This document shows, in pieces, positions 1 through 9,219 of a DNA stretch of 64,000 nucleotides. The notes beneath the pieces are model-generated. The model saw nothing but the letters and a program-made list of their open reading frames with translations. It had not been told where the DNA came from and did no database searches. Position 1 is the stretch's first letter, and each line of letters begins with the position of its first letter. Source of the DNA: Bacillota bacterium (lineage in GTDB: Bacteria > Bacillota > Clostridia > Christensenellales > SZUA-584); contig JAEWTL010000118.1 in assembly GCA_023459495.1 (NCBI GenBank), forward strand, positions 45,949 to 109,948. The letters are read 5' to 3'. Made by a program: the position numbers and the translations under genes.

Positions 1-126
1 GTCGTTCTTGTAATACCCGTACATCATTGTCAGCTGATAGAGGTCTGTCAGCATGGTCAAATTACGCATCGTCATTCCCCCATATTAATAAGCGCCCGCG
101 GGATGCGGGCGCTGGATTCAGTCTTA

Positions 127-1689
127 TCATTTTCCGTGGTTACTTTTTTGATCTTTTTTATTTTTTTCGGGCTTCTTCGGTTTTTCCTCCGCCTCCTTGC
201 CGTCGTCCTTTTTGCTGTCTTTTTTGACGCTTTCCGCGGATTTCGATTTGCCCTTGCTTGTTACTTCCTTGGCCTTATCATCCGTTTCCTCCGTCTCCGG
301 CTCCTCTTCTTTGGCCTCTTCCGCTTTCTTCTCTTCGGCTAACCCCAACTCTTCTTTGATCTGCCTTACCTTTTCTTCAAGCGCCTCGACATGGAGTTCT
401 TCCTTTTCCAGTAAATCCTCGCGGGCTTTTTCATCCTCCGCGATGATATCCCGGATCTTCTCAACGAGCAGGTTGGCCGCATCCAGCTTTTCCTGCGCAG
501 CCAAAGCTTCCGTGCTGTCTGGGTCGCTTTCCGACAGTTCGCTAAATTCTTTTTCAGCCTTTTCGGCCTCCTCCATTGCCAGCTTCAGGCGGCCTTTCGA
601 ATTATATCTGGCATAAAGCGTATCCGCTTTTTGCGTCATAGCATCCGCTTTCTTGCGGGCCGCTTTGACGCGTGCATTGTCTTCACCCAGCTCTTCAAAC
701 AACGAGTCGGCTTTTTCAGCAAGCTTGTCGGCTTTTTCGCGGACTGCCCGATAATGCGGCGAGGTGATGTCATTGTCACGGACAAGACCGGCATACCACT
801 TCGCCTTGTTCAGGTCGAACTGCGCGTTCATCAGCTTGTTCTTGCCTTTAAAGCCGTCAATCTGCGCTTCCGTCAGGCCAAGGTTGTAGTAACCGGAATA
901 CGGAAAGTAATTCCTCCGGGTAAAGTGCATGTAGACCAGATACGCAATACCGCCAAAGAACAGCAACTCGCTTAAGCCTTCGGAGACGCGGATGCTGCCC
1001 CACATCAGGCTGTCCGTACGCATCTGTTCAATCCAGAAACGTCCAAAGCCATACAAAACGACGTACATTGCGAAGACGCCGCCGCGAACTTTGATCTTTT
1101 TACGAACCAGCAGCAGAATCGCGAACACAATGAGGTTCCACATGGACTCATAAAAGAACGTAGCATGATAATATCCCGCCGGAAAGAATGTGCCGTCAAT
1201 GGTTTTGCCGGGATCGATATACACCGCCCAAGGGAAATGTTGCCATGCAGGGTTGCTGACCGCGGTGCCAAAAGCTTCCTGATTCATGAAGTTGCCCCAG
1301 CGCCCGATAGCCTGTCCAATGATGAGACCGGGAGCCGCGATATCAAGCATATCCCCGATGGCTATCCTGCGCCAGCGATAAAACAGAATTGCCGCAATAG
1401 CACCGCCGATGACGCCACCGTAAATTGCAAGCCCGCCTTCCCAGATGTAAAGCATCCGGATCGGTTCAGTCACATAGTTATCCCACTGGAATATCACATA
1501 ATACAATCTTGCGCAGATGATGCATAGCGGCACGGCAAGAAGTATGAAGTCAAGCACCATCTCGGAACGGTAACCCTTGCGTTTGGCTTCATAAACGCCG
1601 ATCACCACACCAAGTATCAGGCCGACCGCAATGATAATGCCATACCAGTAAATTTCTTTCCCGAATATCGTAAATGCGACATTGTCCAT
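127..1689 (-). CDS. lgt: Prolipoprotein diacylglyceryl transferase (Lgt) with a ~270-aa Lys/Glu/Ala-rich C-terminal extension
   Basis: N-terminal ~250 aa have the typical Lgt multi-TM pattern (YWYGIIIAVG..., GGLAIYGGVIGG, GRWGNFMNQEAFG). Start trimmed to ATG 1689, preceded by GGAGGA. The tail is low-complexity, coiled-coil-like and KE-rich. Confidence 0.9.
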   Translation of the reverse strand: MDNVAFTIFGKEIYWYGIIIAVGLILGVVIGVYEAKRKGYRSEMVLDFILLAVPLCIICARLYYVIFQWDNYVTEPIRMLYIWEGGLAIYGGVIGGAIAAILFYRWRRIAIGDMLDIAAPGLIIGQAIGRWGNFMNQEAFGTAVSNPAWQHFPWAVYIDPGKTIDGTFFPAGYYHATFFYESMWNLIVFAILLLVRKKIKVRGGVFAMYVVLYGFGRFWIEQMRTDSLMWGSIRVSEGLSELLFFGGIAYLVYMHFTRRNYFPYSGYYNLGLTEAQIDGFKGKNKLMNAQFDLNKAKWYAGLVRDNDITSPHYRAVREKADKLAEKADSLFEELGEDNARVKAARKKADAMTQKADTLYARYNSKGRLKLAMEEAEKAEKEFSELSESDPDSTEALAAQEKLDAANLLVEKIRDIIAEDEKAREDLLEKEELHVEALEEKVRQIKEELGLAEEKKAEEAKEEEPETEETDDKAKEVTSKGKSKSAESVKKDSKKDDGKEAEEKPKKPEKNKKDQKSNHGK

Positions 1690-1809
1690 GATTGTCCTCC
1701 AAAAAAAGATTATATTCATTATAGATGTTTCATTTCTGCGGGTCAAGGAAACATTCGGTTATGCCTTCCAATGAAAAAAAGAGCCACCCGCAGGCGGCTC
1801 TCATCGCAA

Positions 1810-2847
1810 CTATTTAAAAATGAATTTCTTTTGTACAATGAAGCTGACGAAAAACATCACCAGTTCAACCGGAAGCTTGGCAATATATTCATTGACATAG
1901 TGCGAGAGCCATTCGACAAGCGCTGTGTTGATCAGCATGATGCAGACTACCAGCAGATAATAACCGATCAGATGCCGCTTTAAATCCTTCTTATTGTCCT
2001 TTGCAAAGATCATATTGCGGTTGATCAGGAAGTTGATTGCTGAGCTTATGATGCGCGCCCCGATATAGGCGATCACCACGTTGAAGGCCATCTCCTTGGG
2101 GATCAACGTCAGGAAAAGCGCGTACAAACCGTAGTCCAGCAGGAAGCAGAACATCGACGATCCCACAAACAGCAATATCTGCCGGTAGATGCGCCACGAA
2201 TCCTTCAACGTATTGAAGTGAGAACCGCGGTTGTCGTTGATATAGACGGTTTGAATTTCGATCTCGCTGAGCTTGAGGCCTAAATTGGATGTTTCCAGCA
2301 GCATGTTCATCTCGTACTCATAACGTTCGCCGGAAAGCGCAAGCAGCGCGGGCAGCGAGCTTACCGGAAAAGCGCGCAGTCCGGTTTGCGTATCGTAAAT
2401 CTTCTGTCCGCTTACAAAGTTGAACACCGTCCTTGTGATGGAGTTACCGCAGCGGCTTCTAAGCGGCATTTCAGAGAATACTCGTTTCCCCAGCACAATG
2501 GTATTGTCGGAAGCAAGTAGCGCTTCGGCTACATTTTTGATGTCGCTTACCAAATGCTGCCCGTCAGCATCGGCCGTGACGACGCCGACCGCTTCTCCGC
2601 GTACACAAAGGTCGTTAAAGCCAGTTTTAAGCGCGCGGCCTTTGCCCATATTGATCGCATGAGCCAGAACACGACAGCCCATCTTGTCGAGTTCGTCAAA
2701 AATATGCGAGAACGATGCCCCACTCCCGTCATCTACGATCAGGATTTCAAGAAAGTCTTCTTCAAGCAGCTGTTTGGCAAGCGCCAACAGCTTTTCATCC
2801 GGCTTATACGCCGGTATAAGAACAGTAATCCGGTTCAACTTATCCAT
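1810..2847 (-). CDS. Family 2 glycosyltransferase fused to a GtrA-like membrane domain (polyprenol-phosphate sugar transferase type)
   Basis: N-terminus VLIPAYKPDEKL...IVDDGS...DADGQH is GT2-like. The C-terminal 4-TM part has INFLINRNMIF and SFIVQKKFIF, as in the GtrA family. Confidence 0.85.
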   Translation of the reverse strand: MDKLNRITVLIPAYKPDEKLLALAKQLLEEDFLEILIVDDGSGASFSHIFDELDKMGCRVLAHAINMGKGRALKTGFNDLCVRGEAVGVVTADADGQHLVSDIKNVAEALLASDNTIVLGKRVFSEMPLRSRCGNSITRTVFNFVSGQKIYDTQTGLRAFPVSSLPALLALSGERYEYEMNMLLETSNLGLKLSEIEIQTVYINDNRGSHFNTLKDSWRIYRQILLFVGSSMFCFLLDYGLYALFLTLIPKEMAFNVVIAYIGARIISSAINFLINRNMIFAKDNKKDLKRHLIGYYLLVVCIMLINTALVEWLSHYVNEYIAKLPVELVMFFVSFIVQKKFIFK

Positions 2848-3065
2848 ACAATTCCTTCAGCAAAATATCAGATTACCCACAACCATCGAACAACTGCAGC
2901 CGCATGACCCCGTCTTTGGAATCAAAGAAGGTACACAGGCAGCGGCGCAAATATTCCTGAACTAAAATACCATCCCCGGAACGCAAATGCAATCCAAATC
3001 TTTTCCACTCTTTCGAAGGCAAACAAATAACACCTGAGTATGTCCGGTGCTATCTGTATTCCGAT

Positions 3066-3737
3066 TTATTTCAGCTTGGTTCCGCATTCACCGCAAAAAC
3101 GCACGCTCTGGTCGTTTTCCGCACCGCAGTTCGGGCATACGTTGAGCGCAAGATTCGCGCCGCAGTTTGTGCAGAATTTGCTTTGCCCAGCCGGTTTACC
3201 GCAGTTCGGACAGAATGTTGCCTTTTGGGTAATCTCTCCCTTAAACACCTGCGTCTCGTCGGCTTTATCCCATATGTCGCGCTTCATTTTGTCCGCGCGA
3301 GCCGCCGCGATTTCCACGTTCATGCGAGGCGCACATTCCGCGCAGAGGCCAACCTCATCGTTCCAGCAGGAATCGCATACCCACTGGTGACACTTGTTGC
3401 AGCGGTGAAAATGCTGCTTTGCCTCGTTCTGTGCGGCGGCAAACGCATTCTCATGTTCCTTGTGCCACGCGGGCGACATGCCGTTGAACCGTTCGGACAA
3501 AATATGCTCGCCCTGATAAGCAGCGTTATGAATTCCGCCCAACACGCTGCCGCCAAAAAGGCTGGCTGCAGCGCCAACGCCGCGGGTGATCCCTCTGAAC
3601 AGATTGCCCTTCTTATACGTTTCGGACTCGATGAAGGACGTCTTAAAACCATCGTGGCATACGTCACAGTAGAACGTGAATTCGAATCCGGCTTCTGTGC
3701 TGTTGTCCTCGTAGTTCCGAGTAAATGCCTGCATCAT
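3066..3737 (-). CDS. Zinc-ribbon domain protein, function unknown
   Basis: The C-terminus has three consecutive CPNCG/CTNCG/CGECG zinc ribbons, and there are central CxxC pairs (CNKCHQWVCDSC...CAEC). Last gene of a three-gene operon. Confidence 0.6.
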   Translation of the reverse strand: MMQAFTRNYEDNSTEAGFEFTFYCDVCHDGFKTSFIESETYKKGNLFRGITRGVGAAASLFGGSVLGGIHNAAYQGEHILSERFNGMSPAWHKEHENAFAAAQNEAKQHFHRCNKCHQWVCDSCWNDEVGLCAECAPRMNVEIAAARADKMKRDIWDKADETQVFKGEITQKATFCPNCGKPAGQSKFCTNCGANLALNVCPNCGAENDQSVRFCGECGTKLK

Positions 3738-3758
3738 AACTGAAATTCCTCCCGTAGC

Positions 3759-4088
3759 TTATTTCTTGATCTTTTTACCGCAAGCGGTACACTTTGTATT
3801 CATAAAGAACTGTGGCATGCCGCAGCGCGGGTTGCCGCATTGCACCATCAGCGACGCCTTGCAGGCATCGCAGCGGTCTGCGACAAATGTGCGCTGCCCA
3901 CAAAACGGGCATGTGATGTAGAGTTCCCGCCCGCAGGACGGGCAGCGCTGCCAGATACGTTTGATCTCAGCGTTGCAGCCAGGGCAGGCGTCATAGAAAG
4001 GGCTAATTCTTCCGCATGCAGGGCAAAACTTGCTGTCATATCCGATCAGCGTACCGCAACCGATACACGGCTTATCGTATCCGGCCAT
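3759..4088 (-). CDS. Small multi-zinc-ribbon protein
   Basis: 109 aa with about 8 CxxC pairs (CIGCG, CPACG, CPGC, CPSCG, CPFCG, CDAC, CGNPRC, CTACG). Tightly packed between its neighbours. Confidence 0.6.
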   Translation of the reverse strand: MAGYDKPCIGCGTLIGYDSKFCPACGRISPFYDACPGCNAEIKRIWQRCPSCGRELYITCPFCGQRTFVADRCDACKASLMVQCGNPRCGMPQFFMNTKCTACGKKIKK

Positions 4089-4099
4089 AAACTCCTCCT

Positions 4100-5269
4100 C
4101 TACTGGATCAGTGATTCAATTTTCTTTTTCCAGGCATCAAAGCCGCTGTGAACCGCGCGCCCGATGAACAACCCTCGCAGCCTCGCCAGCACAGGGAGAC
4201 GGCGCAATGCACGACGGTATTGCTCATACTGCGCTTCCTCCAGTGCCTTATCGCTCAAATAAATCGGTTCCCGGCGGAAATTGACGCTTAGCATGCTGTC
4301 ATTGAACTCCAGCAGGAATCGCCGCCATTCCGGCGGGTTGAAGACACCATCCTTCGAAAGCCGGAAAACATACGTCGCTGCAGCGGTGTCCCCCACGCTT
4401 TCCATGATCAGTGCGTTCCGGGCATACACTGGCACCAGCAATATAATGCTTTCACCCGTAAGTTCGCCCATGAGTCCCCGTTTAACGCCAACAGCAAGGT
4501 CACCCGAAATGCCACTCAGATACTGAAACTGCTCCGCGATAGCTGAGCCAGAAATCGTATTCTCCAGCGCTGCAGCAAAGTCCGGCGATACAGCGCGTAC
4601 ATCGGACAGAGGCTGAACCATCCCCTCCATCAGCAGCTTCGCCAGTCTGTCGTCCACAGGTGATATCTCGCTGAGCTTTGCGCGGGTCTGGCGGATCAGT
4701 TCCTCCAACCGCGTCTGATAAGCTTGCAAAAAAGCGTCCGTGGAATACCCCATTTTGGACAATACATAAACGCGTCCCAATCTGTCAGTGATCGTAAAGC
4801 GATATGGCTGGATATCAGCGGATGTGATCATACAGAAAGGGATACGCACCAGCCCGTGCGTCACGGGCAGCGCAACCAAAGCGGTCTCACAAACCCTAAA
4901 CGACGCGCGCACAGTCTCCCCTGACGGTTCGGCAAAATATCCTTCCGTCTCAAAATGGACGGATTCCTTCATCAGCAATTCGTTGAAAAGCACTTCGTTA
5001 TACGCGCGGATGAATTTATCAGAAAAATCCTCGTACCAGTGACCGATCATGGAAAACACTACGTCACCTTCCGGCACGCTGGTATATATACGATAGTTTT
5101 GCGCGCGTATACCCGAAATATCGCTGAGGCGTATTTGACGGCTAAAGCCGGACGAACTCAGTTCCAGCATATCGTCAAAAAGGGACGCAAAAATACCGGC
5201 GCGTTTATCAGCGCCAAGTTCATAAGTCAGCGTACAGGTAATGAGCGGCTGCTTGATGGTTTCCTCCAC
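4100..5269 (-). CDS. Hypothetical protein (389 aa), first gene of the zinc-ribbon operon
   Basis: Long ORF with a coding-like composition. I recognise no family. Confidence 0.55.
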   Translation of the reverse strand: MEETIKQPLITCTLTYELGADKRAGIFASLFDDMLELSSSGFSRQIRLSDISGIRAQNYRIYTSVPEGDVVFSMIGHWYEDFSDKFIRAYNEVLFNELLMKESVHFETEGYFAEPSGETVRASFRVCETALVALPVTHGLVRIPFCMITSADIQPYRFTITDRLGRVYVLSKMGYSTDAFLQAYQTRLEELIRQTRAKLSEISPVDDRLAKLLMEGMVQPLSDVRAVSPDFAAALENTISGSAIAEQFQYLSGISGDLAVGVKRGLMGELTGESIILLVPVYARNALIMESVGDTAAATYVFRLSKDGVFNPPEWRRFLLEFNDSMLSVNFRREPIYLSDKALEEAQYEQYRRALRRLPVLARLRGLFIGRAVHSGFDAWKKKIESLIQ

Positions 5270-5351
5270 CTAAGCCCTCCCATAGACAGTGAATTCCTTA
5301 CCATTATACCAGTATAATGGGAATGAATCAATCCGAGCCGGACAAAAATGG

Positions 5352-6179
5352 TCAACAATTCCCAGTATATACGTACTGCAGCTTCTCGCGGGCGATATCC
5401 GCAAGCGTATAGACTAGTTCAACGTCCGTTGCCTCGGAATCTGCCATCCGGTAGCGCGGATAAAAGCGGGATATGTGCAACGGTATCTTTTCGCCCACGG
5501 ATGCAAGCCAGGCCGAAAGGCGGCGCATCTCGTCAAGAGAGTCGTTTTCTTCCGGCACAATCAGCGTCGTCACCTCCACATGGCAGGCGCTCGCAGAAAG
5601 CTCGATCGTACGTTTTACGGGTTCAAGGTGCCCGCTGAGCTTCTGGTAATATGCTTCCGTAAAGCCTTTCAGATCGATATTCATCGCATCGATTGACGGC
5701 AACAGCCGAATCAGCGGCTCCTCGTTAATGTAGCCGTTGGTTACCAGCACAGTCTTAAGCCCACGTTCATGCGCAAGCGCCGCGCAGTCCTTTATAAATT
5801 CATAACCAATCAAGGGCTCGTTATAGGTGAAAGCGATGCCGATATTGCGGCGTGGAACGAGATCTGCCGCCTGACTGACAAGTTCCTCAGGAGAGTACAT
5901 CGTTTCTCCTGCCTGTCCCTTGCCGCACATGGAGATCGCATGGTTCTGGCAGAACGGACAACGCAGGTTGCAGCCATAGCTGCCCACCGAAAGAATCCGG
6001 CTTCCCGGATAAAAACGGCTGAGCGGTTTCTTTTCAATCGGATCGAGCGCGACTGAGGTAACGACGCCGTAATTTTCATCCACGATTCGGCCGTCCCTGT
6101 TGCTCCGGGCGCGGCAGAAACCGGTATGTCCCTCTTCAATCACACAGCGATGCGGACAGATATCGCACTGAGCTTTCAT
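5352..6179 (-). CDS. amrS: AmmeMemoRadiSam system radical SAM enzyme
   Basis: N-terminal Cys cluster CDICPHRC...GFC, followed by the radical SAM motif CNLRCPFCQN. Overlaps the upstream AMMECR1 gene by 4 nt. Confidence 0.85.
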   Translation of the reverse strand: MKAQCDICPHRCVIEEGHTGFCRARSNRDGRIVDENYGVVTSVALDPIEKKPLSRFYPGSRILSVGSYGCNLRCPFCQNHAISMCGKGQAGETMYSPEELVSQAADLVPRRNIGIAFTYNEPLIGYEFIKDCAALAHERGLKTVLVTNGYINEEPLIRLLPSIDAMNIDLKGFTEAYYQKLSGHLEPVKRTIELSASACHVEVTTLIVPEENDSLDEMRRLSAWLASVGEKIPLHISRFYPRYRMADSEATDVELVYTLADIAREKLQYVYTGNC

Positions 6180-7561
6180 TTGTGCCGCACCACCTCAAAG
6201 CGCTCCAACGTATATTTTTCATCGGGCGATATGCCTGCTTTCTGCAGCGCAATGGATATCTGCTGCTGCGGCGTATCAACGCCCTGCAGATTCGGCAACA
6301 GCAGCCCGCGACGGTAGCCGCGGCTCACGATAACGCCATATCGCATGGCATCCAACTCATCTGTGCCGGAAACCGGCTCAGCATCCCCCAAAACGTCCAC
6401 ACTATAGACGAGTTCTGTCAGCTCCCCTGCCTCTACCGGGTCAAAACGCGGGTCGCCCGTGCCTGCGCTGATGGCATTCCGGATGATCTCGTCCGCGATG
6501 CATGTTTCCGTTGCGGATATCGTTCCAATACAGCCTCTCAGCCGTCCATGTTTTTTGAGGGATACGAACACGCCCGCGCTTCGTTCCGTTAAATCTTCCG
6601 GAAGCCCTTCAGGTCGTTTCATCGACTTGCCTGTCTTCAGATATGTCTCAAGTGATTGCCTCGCCAGCCCGACATACTCGTCTTCGGAATGCTTAATCGC
6701 TTGAAGCCGGCTGAGTTCCTCGGCTTCATATTGCTTCGCAAATCTCCGGACGTTGTCTTCTCCGGTCACCGTGAATACACAAACAGCATAACCTACGCCA
6801 AACGGGCCTTCATAGGACAGAAATTCGCTTTTAACCTCACAGCCATCCAGCACACCGGCCATTTCGATGAAGGAGCGCAGGCCGCATTCAGCGGCAGCCT
6901 CGGTGAAATCTTCTTCAAATCGTAACAGCTGCAAAAAGTCGCCTGTACGAAGCGCATCAGTAAGCTGTTGGTCAAACTCCGGCCCTTCCTTTGCAAATCC
7001 GTATGGGCCCTCTCCGGTCAGCTTATGCGAAAGGTCGCCGCTGGCCACGAGCACGGCATTTCGGTCCAGCTCATCGACAGCACGTCGGATGCACATGCCG
7101 AATCGGTAATGCTCAAGCGCGGAAAGCCCGGATATGGATATGCGCACGATATTATAATCGGTAAAGTAATGGTCAATAAAATACAGAGGGATCATGGTAC
7201 CGTGATCGAGACGGCTGTCCTTTTCCCCCATAGTTCCGGCAGATATGCCTGCCTCCTGCGCTTCTTCGCCGATTGCATGGACAAGCGCTTTATCATATTG
7301 CTTGTGCAGAGAAACCTTTTGAGCGCCAAAACGCCCGAAATCGCCTTTAGCACTTTCTCCGGGTGAAATGTGGATATAGTCTCCATACATAATGGCGTGG
7401 GGCGAGACAACGATCACTGTTTCCGGCTTCAGTTCCGCAATCTTTTTGCCTGTCCATTCAAGCGCATCCACTGTTTTTTGTATCGCCCGCTGTTCCCCCT
7501 TGCCCACTTCGGGAATAATCAGCGGCGGATGAGGAACCACAAAAGCATGAGAAATACTCAT
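6176..7561 (-). CDS. Fusion of a LigB/MEMO-like class III dioxygenase-fold domain with an AMMECR1 domain (AmmeMemoRadiSam A/B-type)
   Basis: The N-terminus (HAFVVPHPPLIIPEVG...DHGTMIPLYF...SGDLSHKL) looks like LigB subunit B. The C-terminus (GVFVSLKKHGRLRGCIGT...LLPNLQGV) is AMMECR1-like. Confidence 0.8.
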   Translation of the reverse strand: MSISHAFVVPHPPLIIPEVGKGEQRAIQKTVDALEWTGKKIAELKPETVIVVSPHAIMYGDYIHISPGESAKGDFGRFGAQKVSLHKQYDKALVHAIGEEAQEAGISAGTMGEKDSRLDHGTMIPLYFIDHYFTDYNIVRISISGLSALEHYRFGMCIRRAVDELDRNAVLVASGDLSHKLTGEGPYGFAKEGPEFDQQLTDALRTGDFLQLLRFEEDFTEAAAECGLRSFIEMAGVLDGCEVKSEFLSYEGPFGVGYAVCVFTVTGEDNVRRFAKQYEAEELSRLQAIKHSEDEYVGLARQSLETYLKTGKSMKRPEGLPEDLTERSAGVFVSLKKHGRLRGCIGTISATETCIADEIIRNAISAGTGDPRFDPVEAGELTELVYSVDVLGDAEPVSGTDELDAMRYGVIVSRGYRRGLLLPNLQGVDTPQQQISIALQKAGISPDEKYTLERFEVVRHK

Positions 7562-7677
7562 TTCGGCATCCTCCTTTAGATCATATTATATCATGAAAAC
7601 GGTAAAATTTACATTCTCGCAAAATGAAAAAACCGGCTGTTGCCGGATATGTCAATCAAAACAAATACGTTATTTTC

Positions 7678-9219
7678 TTAATCTTCACGGTCATAATATG
7701 CAGCGGTGCTCAGATTAAATTTAAGCTCACTGTCCTCTTCGATAAGCCCCAGCAGAATGCTGACGATATCCGCGTCAAACTGCGTGCCTGAACCCTTGAC
7801 AAGCTGTTCTCGGGTTTCCTCCAGTGAAAGATGCCGCCTGTAATGACGGTCGCTCATCATAGCGTCAAACGCATCCGCAACCGAAATGATGCGGGCAAGA
7901 AGTTCGATCTCGTCGCCTTTGATTCCATCCGGATACCCGCTGCCGTCCACATGCTCATGGTGGTGGCGCACGATGGGAACAATATCCTGAAACATTGAAA
8001 CCGCGGAAAGGATCATCGCGCCTTTGATGGGATGCTGCTTGACCTCGGTGTATTCTTCCTCGCTGAGCGAATAGCTCTTCAGGAGGATGTCGTCTGCCGT
8101 ACCGATCTTTCCGATGTCATGAAAGATTCCCGCAATACGCAATTTTTCAAGCTCTTCGGGAGCAAACCCAAGCTTTTCGCCGATGCGGGTGCTGTAATAC
8201 GCTACGCGATCCGAATGGCCTCGTGTATACTCATCCTTCGCATCCACCGCAAGCCGGAGCACCTCAATGGTATCCATATAGCGCACCTTTAGCTGCGCGT
8301 AAGTATTGTTCAGCTCTTCGTTCTTGGTATTGACAAGTGAGTGCAGAAACGCGTTGTTGATGGACGACGCGGCCTGTCGGGCATAAATCAGAAGTAAATC
8401 AATATCCTCATCCGCGCTGATATTGCTTACATAAATTGCTCCAATTGCAAGATTACTTTCGCCACTAAGCGGAATGATAACGCCACCCTCAGGATGCTTG
8501 ACGACCCTCATATCGGTACGCGCACGCCCGATCGCTTCTAAAAGCTCATGGTCAAGCAGATCGGGAAACTCGTCAATATCGACATCGTAAATGCCGATAC
8601 CCCGGAATATACTCTTGCGAATAAATTCACCATCGTTGTTGATTTCGTTGGCAGGAATGTCATCCACAAGTATGAACGCATCCGAACTGTGGACCATGGG
8701 CAGAAGTTGGACCAGTATCTCCTCCAGTATATTGCCGATGGGCTGAAGCTGGTAAATCTTTGGCACAGACCCCAATATGCTCTGTAGACCGTCACGGAAC
8801 TTCTGTATGGTGCGCATCTGCGAAATCGCTTTGATACCAGATTCGATTAACAGTTGCAATTGGTCAAGACGGTCACTCTTCTCACAGTATGCCTGTATAT
8901 CCAATGACTTAATGGTATTGATAGGCGGTGCAAGATCCTTATGCCCGGTCAAAAGCAGTATGTAAATTTCCTTGTTGGTCTCGCGAAGCCGCTCCACAAC
9001 CGTTTCGCCATGAATCGGTTGCATGTAATAATCGAGGATCAAAAGGTCATAATGGTTGCGTCTTAATTCCTCCAACCCTTCCAGCGGATTGGTGAAACCA
9101 ACACACGCATAACCATTACGGTTTAAAAGCGCGCTAATGCTGTCGAGAATCCCTTCTTCATCGTCGATAATCATAATGCTGTATTCGGTTGATAGCTCGA
9201 CGCGACGGTTTTTACGCAT
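7678..9219 (-). CDS. Response regulator with receiver, GAF-like linker and HD-GYP (c-di-GMP phosphodiesterase-type) domains
   Basis: Receiver motif IMIIDDEEG...LLILDYYM. HD-GYP motifs HSDRVA...FHDIGK...HHEHVDGSGYPDG. Start trimmed to ATG 9219 (GGAGG upstream), overlapping the kinase stop. Confidence 0.85.
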   Translation of the reverse strand: MRKNRRVELSTEYSIMIIDDEEGILDSISALLNRNGYACVGFTNPLEGLEELRRNHYDLLILDYYMQPIHGETVVERLRETNKEIYILLLTGHKDLAPPINTIKSLDIQAYCEKSDRLDQLQLLIESGIKAISQMRTIQKFRDGLQSILGSVPKIYQLQPIGNILEEILVQLLPMVHSSDAFILVDDIPANEINNDGEFIRKSIFRGIGIYDVDIDEFPDLLDHELLEAIGRARTDMRVVKHPEGGVIIPLSGESNLAIGAIYVSNISADEDIDLLLIYARQAASSINNAFLHSLVNTKNEELNNTYAQLKVRYMDTIEVLRLAVDAKDEYTRGHSDRVAYYSTRIGEKLGFAPEELEKLRIAGIFHDIGKIGTADDILLKSYSLSEEEYTEVKQHPIKGAMILSAVSMFQDIVPIVRHHHEHVDGSGYPDGIKGDEIELLARIISVADAFDAMMSDRHYRRHLSLEETREQLVKGSGTQFDADIVSILLGLIEEDSELKFNLSTAAYYDRED

